A stretch of 64,000 bases of DNA from the NCBI GenBank assembly GCA_963798085.1, contig CAWCRS010000003.1, positions 1 through 64,000 on the forward strand, in the 5' to 3' direction. Below are positions 22,876 to 31,142 of this stretch, one piece after another. The stretch's first letter is position 1; the number at the start of each line of letters is the position of its first letter. The notes below the pieces were generated by a model, which had not been told where the DNA came from, did no database searches, and worked only from the letters and a program-made list of their open reading frames with translations. The DNA comes from an uncultured Gemmatimonadales bacterium (GTDB lineage: Bacteria > Gemmatimonadota > Gemmatimonadetes > Longimicrobiales > RSA9). Made by a program: the position numbers and the translations under genes.

Positions 22876-23024
22876 GCGTCGGGTGGTGAGGGTGACGCTC
22901 GCGCATCGCACACGAGCGTGCCCTCAGTATCGACGCCGGGAATGGAGCGGATTAGCGCTGCTGTCGTACAATCGGCAGGAGGCCGGCGCCCCTGCGCGGG
23001 GACGGCCGGCCGGCTGCTGCGCTG

Positions 23025-23453
23025 TTACGTTGCGCCGTCGGGCGGACCTTCGCCCGCATCGTCGTCGTGATCATCCTCGGAGTCGCCATCGCCGGGTCCG
23101 ATTTCGCCCACATTCTGACCACTGCTGCGCTCGGCGCTGCGGGCCGCGCGCGACTCGATGTCGCGCCGCAGCTCGTCGATGCGGATCTGCAGGCGTTCGA
23201 GCAGCGAATCGAGGCGAGGCTGCACATCACTGACGAACTGGTTCACGCGCGGTCCCACTTCGTTCAGTGCGGCGCGCGCGCGCGGCCGGAGCTCCGCGAG
23301 GGCAGCATCCACGCGGCTGTCCAGCTCCTCGAATGCGAGCCGGATCCTGGGGCCCAGCTCGTCGATCGCGGCTTCGATGCGTGCCCGCAGTTCGCTGAGC
23401 GGATCCCTTTGCGCGGGTGGTTTGGCTTCTTCCCTGCGATCATCCTCATCCAC
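23025..23453 (-). CDS. Helical protein with 11-residue amphipathic repeats
   Basis: GTG start with GGAGAGG RBS; ELGPRIRLAFE/ELDSRVDAALA/ELRPRARAALN/EVGPRVNQFVS/DVQPRLDSLLE. Confidence 0.7.
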   Translation of the reverse strand: MDEDDRREEAKPPAQRDPLSELRARIEAAIDELGPRIRLAFEELDSRVDAALAELRPRARAALNEVGPRVNQFVSDVQPRLDSLLERLQIRIDELRRDIESRAARSAERSSGQNVGEIGPGDGDSEDDHDDDAGEGPPDGAT

Positions 23454-23495
23454 GTGGACCTCTCCGGTTGTGGTCGCTCGTTCCCGCCATTTCCC

Positions 23496-23521
23496 TACGC
23501 AATTGCGGCGGCAGCGTTTCA
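23496..23521 (-). promoter_or_regulatory. ECF promoter candidate TGAAAC-N16-CGTA
   Basis: Minus strand TGAAACgctgccgccgcaattgCGTA, about 40 nt upstream of the GTG at 23453. Confidence 0.55.
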
Positions 23522-25699
23522 GCGAGGCGGTTGCGGCTGGTACCGTGCAATGGCGTGCGCCAGCACATCGGCGGGCGTGAACCATGCCATCTTGAGCAGC
23601 CCGCTCGCGTAGAGCCTTGCCTGATCGAAGTTGTGCGACGACCCCGCGTCCGCGCTCTGCCCGAACGTCAGAATCGTGCGCGCTTCAGCGGTTGCGCCCA
23701 GCTCGACGACGCCGAGGTACGCGGCGTGGTAGCCGTAGCGCCGACGGCCTGCGGCGCCCGGTCGCGTGGCGAAATCGAAGATGATACCGAGCTGCCCGGG
23801 CCCGCCGGACACGGGCAGTCCACCCGGCGTGCCGGTTGCTGCATCATCGGTGTCCGTGACGCGCTGCAGTCGATTGACGTCGCCCCAGGGCACGCGGGTC
23901 GAGCCCCATGCGCGCCGCAGGTCTGCAAGCGCGTCCTCGAGCGCGCGCACGGCAGGCCATGGCTTTCCGTCCTGCAGTGCTGCAACGCTGCGCTCGGCCC
24001 AGAGCACGAACAGCGTCATGGCGGGCGAGTCGATAGTGCTGTTGCGATTCCAGTCGCGCAGCTGTGCAATGGCAGTGTCGAGCCGCTCGGCGCGGCGCGA
24101 ATCGGTTGCGCCCAGCCGCTCCCACTCATCGCCGATGCGCGGAATCGTGCGATCGGCCTCGGCCACGTGGGTATCGAAGGCCGCGGCCGCGAGGCTGTCG
24201 AGATTCCAGCCCTGCGCACGCGCGAGCACACGCTCCAACGCGAGTGCGCGCGCATCGGTTTCCCGCGTGATGCCAGCGGCCTGTAGTCCGACCCCATTCG
24301 GGAACAGCACACCACCCGTGCTCCCGATCCAGCCATCCTGTGGATCGAGGATCTGCGGCAACTCGTCGAGCGTCTGGTAACCTTGCCAACGGGTCAGCGT
24401 GTCGGCGCCGTCGACGGGCCGTGTCCAGTCGTAGCGTGTGTCCCGGCGAGGCATGGCGCTCCCCTGCACGAAGAGGATATGGCCCGCCTGGTCGGCATAC
24501 AGCGTGTTACACGCGGGCAGCGCGGCCTCGCCCAGTGCCGTTCTGAACTCGTCGAGCGTGTGCGCGTGACCCAGCGCATACCACTCCTGCAGCGCGCCGC
24601 CTTCCACGAAGCGCGCCCGGCGCACGGTGGCGCGACGACCGTCGGGCAGGGCAATGATGGGGCCCCGCTCGGTCACGACGAAGCGATACCTGCGGTGTTC
24701 GTCGCCACGTGTCGTGCGCACGATGATGTCGGCTTCCCGCGTCGTCGCCAGCTGCCAGGCATCGCCGGCGCGATAGGAAAGCGCATCGGTTGGATGATCG
24801 AAATGCTCGATCCACGCGTCTTCGCCGTCTGCGGTGGTGCGCGTGTGTGTCCACGCGAGCTGCTCGTTATGGCCGGCGATGGGCACGGGAATTCCCGGCA
24901 CCGTGACGCCGGCCACATCCCAGCCCGTGGCGCTGTGGATGTGCACTTCCCACGGTGTGGTGGCGCCCGCGATCGCGAGAGGCGGATTCATGAACAGCAA
25001 GGCGTGGCCGGCAGCGGTGCGTGAGGGTGCGATGGCCCACGCGTCGCCGCCACCATCGGGCGCGCTGCTGGCAGCCGGATCGTGCGCGGGTTGCGCGCGG
25101 GTAGAATCGGGCGCTGTGGCGGTTGCGCTCGCCGATGCGCCGCGCGCCTGGCCCACCGGTGTAGCGATCACATCACGCAGGGGAACAGAATCGATGACGG
25201 TTGCGGCGGACACGTTGCGCAGCATTGCGAACGGGTACCACGGCTCGACGCGCGGGAGCGCGCGCGGTCGGGATGCGGGATGCATGCGCAGCCAGTAGTT
25301 GACGCCATCGGCGAACGCATCCCACACGGCCCGGCGCTCGACGGGCTCACGCTCGTACTCGGTGCGCGCCAGCGCCTCGACTTCGAATGCGGCGCGCACC
25401 AGGTCATCGGCGAGGGCGGGTTCGCCGTGAACACTGGCAGCGCGACCCAGTGCGGTCAGGTAATTCTCCTCGATTTGTACGAAATCGTCCTCTGCCTGCG
25501 CGTAGCCGATACCGAATGCGGCGCTGGCATCATCGGGCGCTTCAATGTGTGGAACTCCCCATTCATCGCGTGTTATGGTTACTGTAGTGGCGAGGGTCGC
25601 GGCCGCGTTCTCGCTGCGTCGCCAGCGCGTGAGGCTGCTGCAGCCGGAGAATCCGAGGGCGAGGAGCAGGGCCAGACCACTCATCGTCGCCTGCCTCAT
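23519..25699 (-). CDS. Penicillin acylase / Ntn-hydrolase family lipoprotein
   Basis: ITRDEWGVPHI, GIGYAQAED, AWAIAPSRT, GHNEQLAWTHT, PWGDVNRLQR, FGQSAD..SSHNFDQ. Confidence 0.88.
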   Translation of the reverse strand: MRQATMSGLALLLALGFSGCSSLTRWRRSENAAATLATTVTITRDEWGVPHIEAPDDASAAFGIGYAQAEDDFVQIEENYLTALGRAASVHGEPALADDLVRAAFEVEALARTEYEREPVERRAVWDAFADGVNYWLRMHPASRPRALPRVEPWYPFAMLRNVSAATVIDSVPLRDVIATPVGQARGASASATATAPDSTRAQPAHDPAASSAPDGGGDAWAIAPSRTAAGHALLFMNPPLAIAGATTPWEVHIHSATGWDVAGVTVPGIPVPIAGHNEQLAWTHTRTTADGEDAWIEHFDHPTDALSYRAGDAWQLATTREADIIVRTTRGDEHRRYRFVVTERGPIIALPDGRRATVRRARFVEGGALQEWYALGHAHTLDEFRTALGEAALPACNTLYADQAGHILFVQGSAMPRRDTRYDWTRPVDGADTLTRWQGYQTLDELPQILDPQDGWIGSTGGVLFPNGVGLQAAGITRETDARALALERVLARAQGWNLDSLAAAAFDTHVAEADRTIPRIGDEWERLGATDSRRAERLDTAIAQLRDWNRNSTIDSPAMTLFVLWAERSVAALQDGKPWPAVRALEDALADLRRAWGSTRVPWGDVNRLQRVTDTDDAATGTPGGLPVSGGPGQLGIIFDFATRPGAAGRRRYGYHAAYLGVVELGATAEARTILTFGQSADAGSSHNFDQARLYASGLLKMAWFTPADVLAHAIARYQPQPPR

Positions 25700-25895
25700 G
25701 CTGCCGTTGACGGAGCCTGTCCGCGGGCCAGTGGCGGCATGTTGCGGTTGCTCGCAGTCCCGGCGGTTCGCAGATTGCGAGCGTGTGAGGAATGCCCCTT
25801 TCGGGGGACACGGCCCCCGGCCGCAGCCAGCGTGAATCCCGCGCCCCGGCCCGGCCGTATGGATGCCGGAGTGAACCTCACCAGGGAGCGTTGCC

Positions 25896-26106
25896 ATGAG
25901 TGGATTCGGCGGGAAGTTCCTCTCCGGAAGCGTGCTGGCGGTGATCGGGCTGATCACGGTCAAGGTGCTGACGGTCCTGCTCGGTGCGATGATCGAGTTT
26001 CTTTTCATTTTTCCTGTTCACGGTGCTGCCGATCCTGCTGGTCGGCTGGCTGCTGCTGAAGGTGCTGAAGCATCTGGGCAAGGACAAGAAGCCGGCATAC
26101 GAATGA
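25896..26106 (+). CDS. Small membrane protein, 1-nt frameshift in the T-rich stretch near 26000-26012
   Basis: MSGFGGKFLSGSVLAVIGL... continues in another frame as LFTVLPILLVGWLLLKVLKHLGKDKKPAYE*. Confidence 0.6.
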
Positions 26107-26185
26107 GTGAGGCAACCCTTCGGCGCACAGCGTCGTCGGACCGCGGAGGTTCCTCTCAATCGCGCACTTTCCCAGGGAGGAAAGC

Positions 26186-26434
26186 ATGTTAGGTCATGGT
26201 TTGATCGCGTGGATCATCTTCGGTGGGATCGTGGGCCTGATCGCGAAGTGGATCATGCCGGGCAAGGATCCGGGTGGTGTGGTGTTCACGATTCTGCTGG
26301 GCATGGCGGGTTCCGTTGCGGGCGGCCTGCTGTTCAGCCGTTTCTTCGGCCCGTGGCTCAGCGCGATCCTGGGTTCACTGCTGCTGCTCTGGCTGTACAA
26401 GAAGTACGTGGTCGGCAAGTCGGTCGAAGTCTGA
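26186..26434 (+). CDS. GlsB/YeaQ/YmgE transglycosylase-associated membrane protein
   Basis: WIIFGGIVGLIAKWIMPGKDPGG..TILLGMAGS..GG. Confidence 0.9.
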   Translation: MLGHGLIAWIIFGGIVGLIAKWIMPGKDPGGVVFTILLGMAGSVAGGLLFSRFFGPWLSAILGSLLLLWLYKKYVVGKSVEV

Positions 26435-26455
26435 GTCGATCTTTCCCGCGTACGT

Positions 26456-26490
26456 GAGGGCCCGGTTCGGTGCCGTCGAGCCGGGCCTTC
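26456..26490. terminator. Hairpin between convergent genes
   Basis: gagggcccggttcg-gtgccgt-cgagccgggccttc. Confidence 0.55.
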
Positions 26491-26492
26491 GT

Positions 26493-27428
26493 TCATCCGA
26501 AATCGCCCACCATCAGGATCTCCGGCTCCAGCGTGTAACCCAGCTTCTGCGCCACGGTGTCACGCGCCAGATCCATGAGCGCGCGCACCTCGGCGGCGCT
26601 CGCGCCGCCCAGGTTCACGATGATGTTGGCGTGCTTGTGGAAGATCTGCGCATTGCCCAGCACGTGCCCTTTCAGTCCGCACTCATCGATCAGACGGCCG
26701 GCGCCCACGCCATCCAGCTTCTTGAAAATGGAGCCGGCGCACGGGTAGAGCCACAGATCGGGATGACGCTCGTCGCGCCATGCAGGTTCTCGCGGATGAC
26801 GTAGCGCAGCGTATCTACGGGTGTCGGCTCGAGCCGGAACGTGGCATCGAGCACAATGTCGGCGCTGTCGTGCAGGATGCTGTAATCGTAGGCGAAGCGG
26901 AACCAGGCGTTGTCCACGACGCACACATCGCCCGTTGCCGTGAGCACGGTGGCGCTCTCCAGCACTTCCGCAATGAAGCACGTGCGCTCGCGTTCCGGTG
27001 GTGGCGAGAGGAAGTGCAGGTTCTGCCACAGCGCGCCGCCCACGGTGCTGGGGATACCGACGAAGTGGTGCAGTCCACCGAGTTCGTGGCGCACGCTGGC
27101 ATCGATGAGATCGTGGAACGTGTCGACGCCGGCGCCGGCGCGGATGCGCTGTGTCATCCAGGAACTCGATGCCGCCGATGGCGCAGCGGATGACGAGGCC
27201 GCGGAACCCGAGATCGCCTACCAGGATGTTTGCCCCGCGGCCGAGCACGAACCAGGGAATGTCCAGGTCGCGGCAGACGCTGACGGCGGCCTGCACCTCG
27301 GCGCTGGTGTGCGCGTAGAGCAGGCGGTCCGCGGGACCGCCGACACGGAAGGTGGTGAGCGGTGCGAGTGGTGCATCGCGCTCGAGGCGGAGAGCGCCCA
27401 GCTCGGCGTCGAGCAACGCGTAATCCAT
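26493..27428 (-). CDS. murB: UDP-N-acetylenolpyruvoylglucosamine reductase; two apparent frameshifts (about 27155 and 26780)
   Basis: TTFRVGGPAD, LGRGANILV, GIPSTVGGA, PCAGSIFK, AGRLIDECGLKG, HANIIVN, LEPEI. Confidence 0.9.
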   Translation of the reverse strand: MDYALLDAELGALRLERDAPLAPLTTFRVGGPADRLLYAHTSAEVQAAVSVCRDLDIPWFVLGRGANILVGDLGFRGLVIRCAIGGIEFLDDTAHPRRRRRRHVPRSHRCQRAPRTRWTAPLRRYPQHRGRRAVAEPALPLATTGTRAHVLHCGSAGERHRAHGNGRCVRRGQRLVPLRLRLQHPARQRRHCARCHVPARADTRRYAALRHPREPAWRDERHPDLWLYPCAGSIFKKLDGVGAGRLIDECGLKGHVLGNAQIFHKHANIIVNLGGASAAEVRALMDLARDTVAQKLGYTLEPEILMVGDFG

Positions 27429-27534
27429 GCGTCGATTCCCGATCCTCTCCGTGCGGAATCCTGCCGCTGTCGAGTCGCGTTTCAGCGGGAATGCGGGCGC
27501 CGCCGATCGCGTGCGCCGTGGTGTCGGGGGTCCC

Positions 27535-27572
27535 AAAAATACAGCGGGGCGCGCTCAGGGAGCGCGCCCCGC
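27535..27572 (-). terminator. Intrinsic terminator after the SWIB gene
   Basis: 13-bp perfect stem gcggggcgcgctc-agg-gagcgcgccccgc followed on the minus strand by tgtattttt. Confidence 0.65.
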
Positions 27573-27597
27573 ATGCACACTGCGTGATGACGAAGGA

Positions 27598-28160
27598 CTA
27601 CGAAAGGTGCTTGTTGACCAGCTTCGTCATTTCGAACATGGAGACGCTGCGACTTGCCACCAAACACCGGACTGCAGCTTGTCGTCGGCGTTGATCATGC
27701 GCTTCTCCTTGGGATCCTGCAGATTGTTCTTCTTGATGTACGCCCAGAGCTTCTTGGTCACCTCGGTGCGGGGCATGGGTGCGTCCCCGACAACGGATGC
27801 CAGAGCGGCGCTGGGCTTCATGGCCTTCATGAAAGCTGGATTCGGCTTGCGCTTGGAAGCGCCTTTCTTCTTTGCCTTTTTCGCAGCCTTCTTTCTGGAA
27901 GCCTTCTTCGCTGCCGCCTTCTTGCGAGCCGGACGACGGCCGCGCGCGGCCTTCTTCGCGGGACGACGAGCAGCACGCTTCGCTGCGGGCCTGCGACCAC
28001 CCTTCTTCGCCGCCTTGCGCGCGCCCTTCTTGGCGGCGCGACGCGGACGACGAGCCGCCATCTTCCTGGCGACTTTCTTGCCGCCGCGCTTCGCGGCCTT
28101 CTTGCGCGCCGCGGGCTTCTTCGCGGCCTTCTTGCGTGCGGCCTTCTTCGCTGGTGCCAT
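27598..28160 (-). CDS. SWIB/MDM2 domain protein with histone H1-like K/A/R-rich N-terminus, frameshift near 27665
   Basis: About 100 aa of KKAA/RRPA repeats, then PNPAFMKAMKPSAALASVVG..PMPRTEVTKKLWAYIKKNNLQD..RMINADDKL; other frame VSMFEMTKLVNKHLS*. Confidence 0.88.
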
Positions 28161-28191
28161 GAGGACCTCTCCCTAAGAGGTTGAGAAATGT

Positions 28192-28211
28192 GCGGTAAGG
28201 TTCCTTACCGC
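28192..28211. promoter_or_regulatory. Perfect 9-bp inverted repeat with 2-nt spacer (operator candidate)
   Basis: gcggtaagg-tt-ccttaccgc between an AT-rich promoter-like region and the SWIB start codon. Confidence 0.45.
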
Positions 28212-28350
28212 CCAGAACCGCGGTAGCAAAATTATTGCCTTTTCCGCAGTGCGCAATGAAAAAATACATGGTGACGTCCATGGACGGCACCATTGGAGGC
28301 CTCTGGGGATGCTGCTGAAGTGCCTGCGAACGCAATGATCGGAGCACGAA

Positions 28351-29106
28351 ATGGCGCGTGAGGCGCACGCCGAGATGCAGTGGCTGGACGCACCGCGCGA
28401 GGCGATTCTCCGCTCTGGAGAAGCGCACGTCTGGACGTTGACGACGCGTGTCGAGCATGCTGTGCTGCAGCGTCTCGCGGCATCGTTGTCGAGTGAGGAG
28501 CAGGCGCGTTTCGCGCGTTCCCGGGATGCGGGCGCAGGGCGGGATTTCGTGGTTGCACGCGCCGCGCTGCGCTCGCTGCTCGGTTCCTATCTCGCTGTTC
28601 CCGCCGCCCGCATCGAGCTGCGTTATGGCGAGATGGGCAAACCGCTGCTCACAGGTTCGGAAGCGGCCAGGCTGAACTTCAGCGTGGCGCACGCGGACGG
28701 CTGCGCGCTGCTCGCCTTTGCCGGTGTGCCGGTGGGCATTGATGTCGAGCGCATCCGGGCCGTGCAGCGGGCGACGCGCATTGCGGAGCGCGTGTTTCCA
28801 CCGGCCACGCAGGCGCTGCTCGCCGCATTGCCGGCGGCACAGCAGACGGCTGCGTTCGTGGCCGCATGGACGCAGCACGAAGCCGTGGTGAAGGCGCTGG
28901 GTGGTGCGCTGATGACGACGCGTGATCCGCTCGATTTCGCGTGGCCGGCGGCGTTCGCTCCGCGTCAGCTGCGGGCCGTGCACGAGGCACACGCAACCGG
29001 CACATGGACGGTCGCGCATTTGCCGCAACCCGCTGGCCGCGCGGCGGCGCTGGTGGCTGCGGGCGAGGTGGAACGGGTGCGCCTCTGGCGCTTCGAAGAT
29101 CTGTAA
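28351..29106 (+). CDS. Sfp-type 4'-phosphopantetheinyl transferase
   Basis: LSSEEQARF, GKP, LNFSVAHA, VGIDVE, WTQHEAVVKALG. Confidence 0.85.
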   Translation: MAREAHAEMQWLDAPREAILRSGEAHVWTLTTRVEHAVLQRLAASLSSEEQARFARSRDAGAGRDFVVARAALRSLLGSYLAVPAARIELRYGEMGKPLLTGSEAARLNFSVAHADGCALLAFAGVPVGIDVERIRAVQRATRIAERVFPPATQALLAALPAAQQTAAFVAAWTQHEAVVKALGGALMTTRDPLDFAWPAAFAPRQLRAVHEAHATGTWTVAHLPQPAGRAAALVAAGEVERVRLWRFEDL

Positions 29107-29113
29107 TCGAGGG

Positions 29114-29992
29114 TCAGGAAGCGCGTGCGACGGGTGCGCCGACACGCACCGGTGCTCCCCTCTCCAGTCCATCGACCAGGCGGGCGCGGCCGGGCGGCAA
29201 CAGCAGCACGACGGTGGATCCGAGATGGAACGCGAGCAGTTCGGCGCCGCGCTCGAGACGTGTGTGCGCGGGCAGAGCGCGATCCGCAGCCACCGCGCCA
29301 CGGCGATTGCTGACGGCTCCCGCTTCCGGCTCAAACGCCAGTGTTATGCGGCCCACGTTGAACGCGCCGACGGCCACGACGGCGGCGCGGCCGCAGTCGC
29401 CCTGGATGTAGCAGACCACTCGTTCATTGCGCGGGAAGAGCGCATCCACCTGCATGACGGCGGCGTGGTTCACAGGCAGCAGCGCGCCCGGTATGTGGCG
29501 CACGCGGACGACGTCACCCGCGATCGGTGTGTGCACGCGATGGTAGTGGCGGGGGCTGAGGTACAGTGTCAGGTACGTGCCGCCCTCGAAGCGTTCCGCC
29601 TCCGCGACATCATCGAGCAGCTGCGCCAGGCTGTAATGGCGCCCTTTCGCCTGCAGCAGCCGGCCGGCGTGAATGGCGCCGAGCTGACCCAGTTCGGCAT
29701 CGGCGGGTGATGCGATGATGGCGGGGTCCGCCGGCCAGTTGCGCGCACCGTCTCGCAGCCGGCGTACGAAGAACGCATTGAGCGTTGGATAGGCGCTCAG
29801 CGGTTGTTCGACTTCCGTGAGATCGATGCCCGCGCCGCGCGCGAACGCGCCCAGCACGGCGCTGCGCATGGAGCGTGGAATGGGGATGTCCGCAATGCGG
29901 CCGAAGCCGCGACTCAGCGCACCCTGCGGCAGCCGCGCGAGCAGCGCGAGCAGCAGCCGCCATGCGGGCGTAATGGCACTTTCGTCCGCCAT
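29114..29992 (-). CDS. psd: Phosphatidylserine decarboxylase proenzyme
   Basis: FFVRRL, SPAD, QAKG, LYLSPRHYHRVH, NERV, VGAFNVGRI, FHLGSTV self-cleavage motif. Confidence 0.92.
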   Translation of the reverse strand: MADESAITPAWRLLLALLARLPQGALSRGFGRIADIPIPRSMRSAVLGAFARGAGIDLTEVEQPLSAYPTLNAFFVRRLRDGARNWPADPAIIASPADAELGQLGAIHAGRLLQAKGRHYSLAQLLDDVAEAERFEGGTYLTLYLSPRHYHRVHTPIAGDVVRVRHIPGALLPVNHAAVMQVDALFPRNERVVCYIQGDCGRAAVVAVGAFNVGRITLAFEPEAGAVSNRRGAVAADRALPAHTRLERGAELLAFHLGSTVVLLLPPGRARLVDGLERGAPVRVGAPVARAS

Positions 29993-30038
29993 CACGCACC
30001 GCGTGCGCCGCCGCCGCGGCTCACTGCTGGATTCGCGT

Positions 30039-31124
30039 TCAGTTGATCGCTGTGGACTGGAAGTAGACTTTGCCGTCGAAGATGTAGGCGACGCGATCGC
30101 CGGTCGGCGACAGCGCCAGGGATTCGGCGGGCTGCTCGCCGTGTGTGACCGCGACGACGCCGATCCTGCCTGTCTTCGGCTCCAGGATGTGCAGCAGCGA
30201 CTGGCCCGCGATGCAGTGCGAGATGCCCTGCAGTTTCAGGCACTCGTGCACCCAGAACGCGATGCGGTTGCCGTTGGGCATCCAGTCTGTGTCCGCGCGA
30301 TCGAGGATGAGAATCTGCGTCTGCGTGATGGGCCAGACGGTGCCGCCCTGCTGCGTGGTGAAGTTCCAGATGCCGAGACCCACGGCATTCTGGTAGAGCA
30401 CCTGCAGGCCGTCCGGCGTCCACTGCACCTGCTCGATGGAGCCCTGCTGCGACGGCAGAATGGCGATCGACTTGAGCGTGCGCGCGCCGATGTCGACATC
30501 GTAGTACGCGCCGGCGCCGGGCGTGCCGGAGAAGCAGATGAGATGCGCTGAATCCGGCGAGAACACGACCACGCGCTGGCAGCCATTGCCGAGCGCGATG
30601 CGCGCGCCGCTCTGCACATTCACGAGCAGCACGGAATCGGGCAATGCGGCGACCGCGACGTTGAGACCATCGCGTGTGGGCAGCGCCATCATGCCATCGC
30701 CTCGGACGACAGGAAGCAGCGGCGTCGTGCTGGGCGCAATGACCTGAGCCGTGCCGGATGGCAGGGGCACGCGATACGTCGTGCGGTGCCCCGCACTGAG
30801 GTCAGCCGAGAAGTAGAGGGAGCTGCCATCGGGTGAAGCGGAGAGTCCGATGTAGGCATCGCGCGGGCCATCGAGGATGCGCGGCGAGCCGCCGCTGAGC
30901 GGCGAGGCCATGAGTCGGCCCTGCCCCGATGCAGTCACTTCGAAATACAGCTCGGAGCCGTCCGCGGACCAGGCGAGTTCCGAAAGATAGGCAACGGCGG
31001 CGCCGTCCGTCTGAACCAGCGTGCCGCGGTTCTCGGGAATGGTGTCACCGGTGTTATCCGTGATATCGGATCCGGAGCAGCTCGCCAGGCACGCGGCCAG
31101 TGCCGCCACCGCAGCGCCTCGCAT
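30039..31124 (-). CDS. Lipoprotein, TolB/PD40-like beta-propeller
   Basis: LASC lipobox, GGAGGAG RBS, WSADG/SPDG/WTPDG repeats. Confidence 0.7.
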   Translation of the reverse strand: MRGAAVAALAACLASCSGSDITDNTGDTIPENRGTLVQTDGAAVAYLSELAWSADGSELYFEVTASGQGRLMASPLSGGSPRILDGPRDAYIGLSASPDGSSLYFSADLSAGHRTTYRVPLPSGTAQVIAPSTTPLLPVVRGDGMMALPTRDGLNVAVAALPDSVLLVNVQSGARIALGNGCQRVVVFSPDSAHLICFSGTPGAGAYYDVDIGARTLKSIAILPSQQGSIEQVQWTPDGLQVLYQNAVGLGIWNFTTQQGGTVWPITQTQILILDRADTDWMPNGNRIAFWVHECLKLQGISHCIAGQSLLHILEPKTGRIGVVAVTHGEQPAESLALSPTGDRVAYIFDGKVYFQSTAIN

Positions 31125-31142
31125 TATGTACTCCTCCATGCG

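Noticed and set aside
26493..27428. murB as a pseudogene or programmed frameshift
   Set aside because: Catalytic motifs are intact, no slippery site is evident, and similar indels are widespread in the window.
27598..29334. 578-aa ORF spanning the PPTase and SWIB genes
   Set aside because: Chance open frame; only its last approximately 20 codons are the frameshifted SWIB C-terminus.
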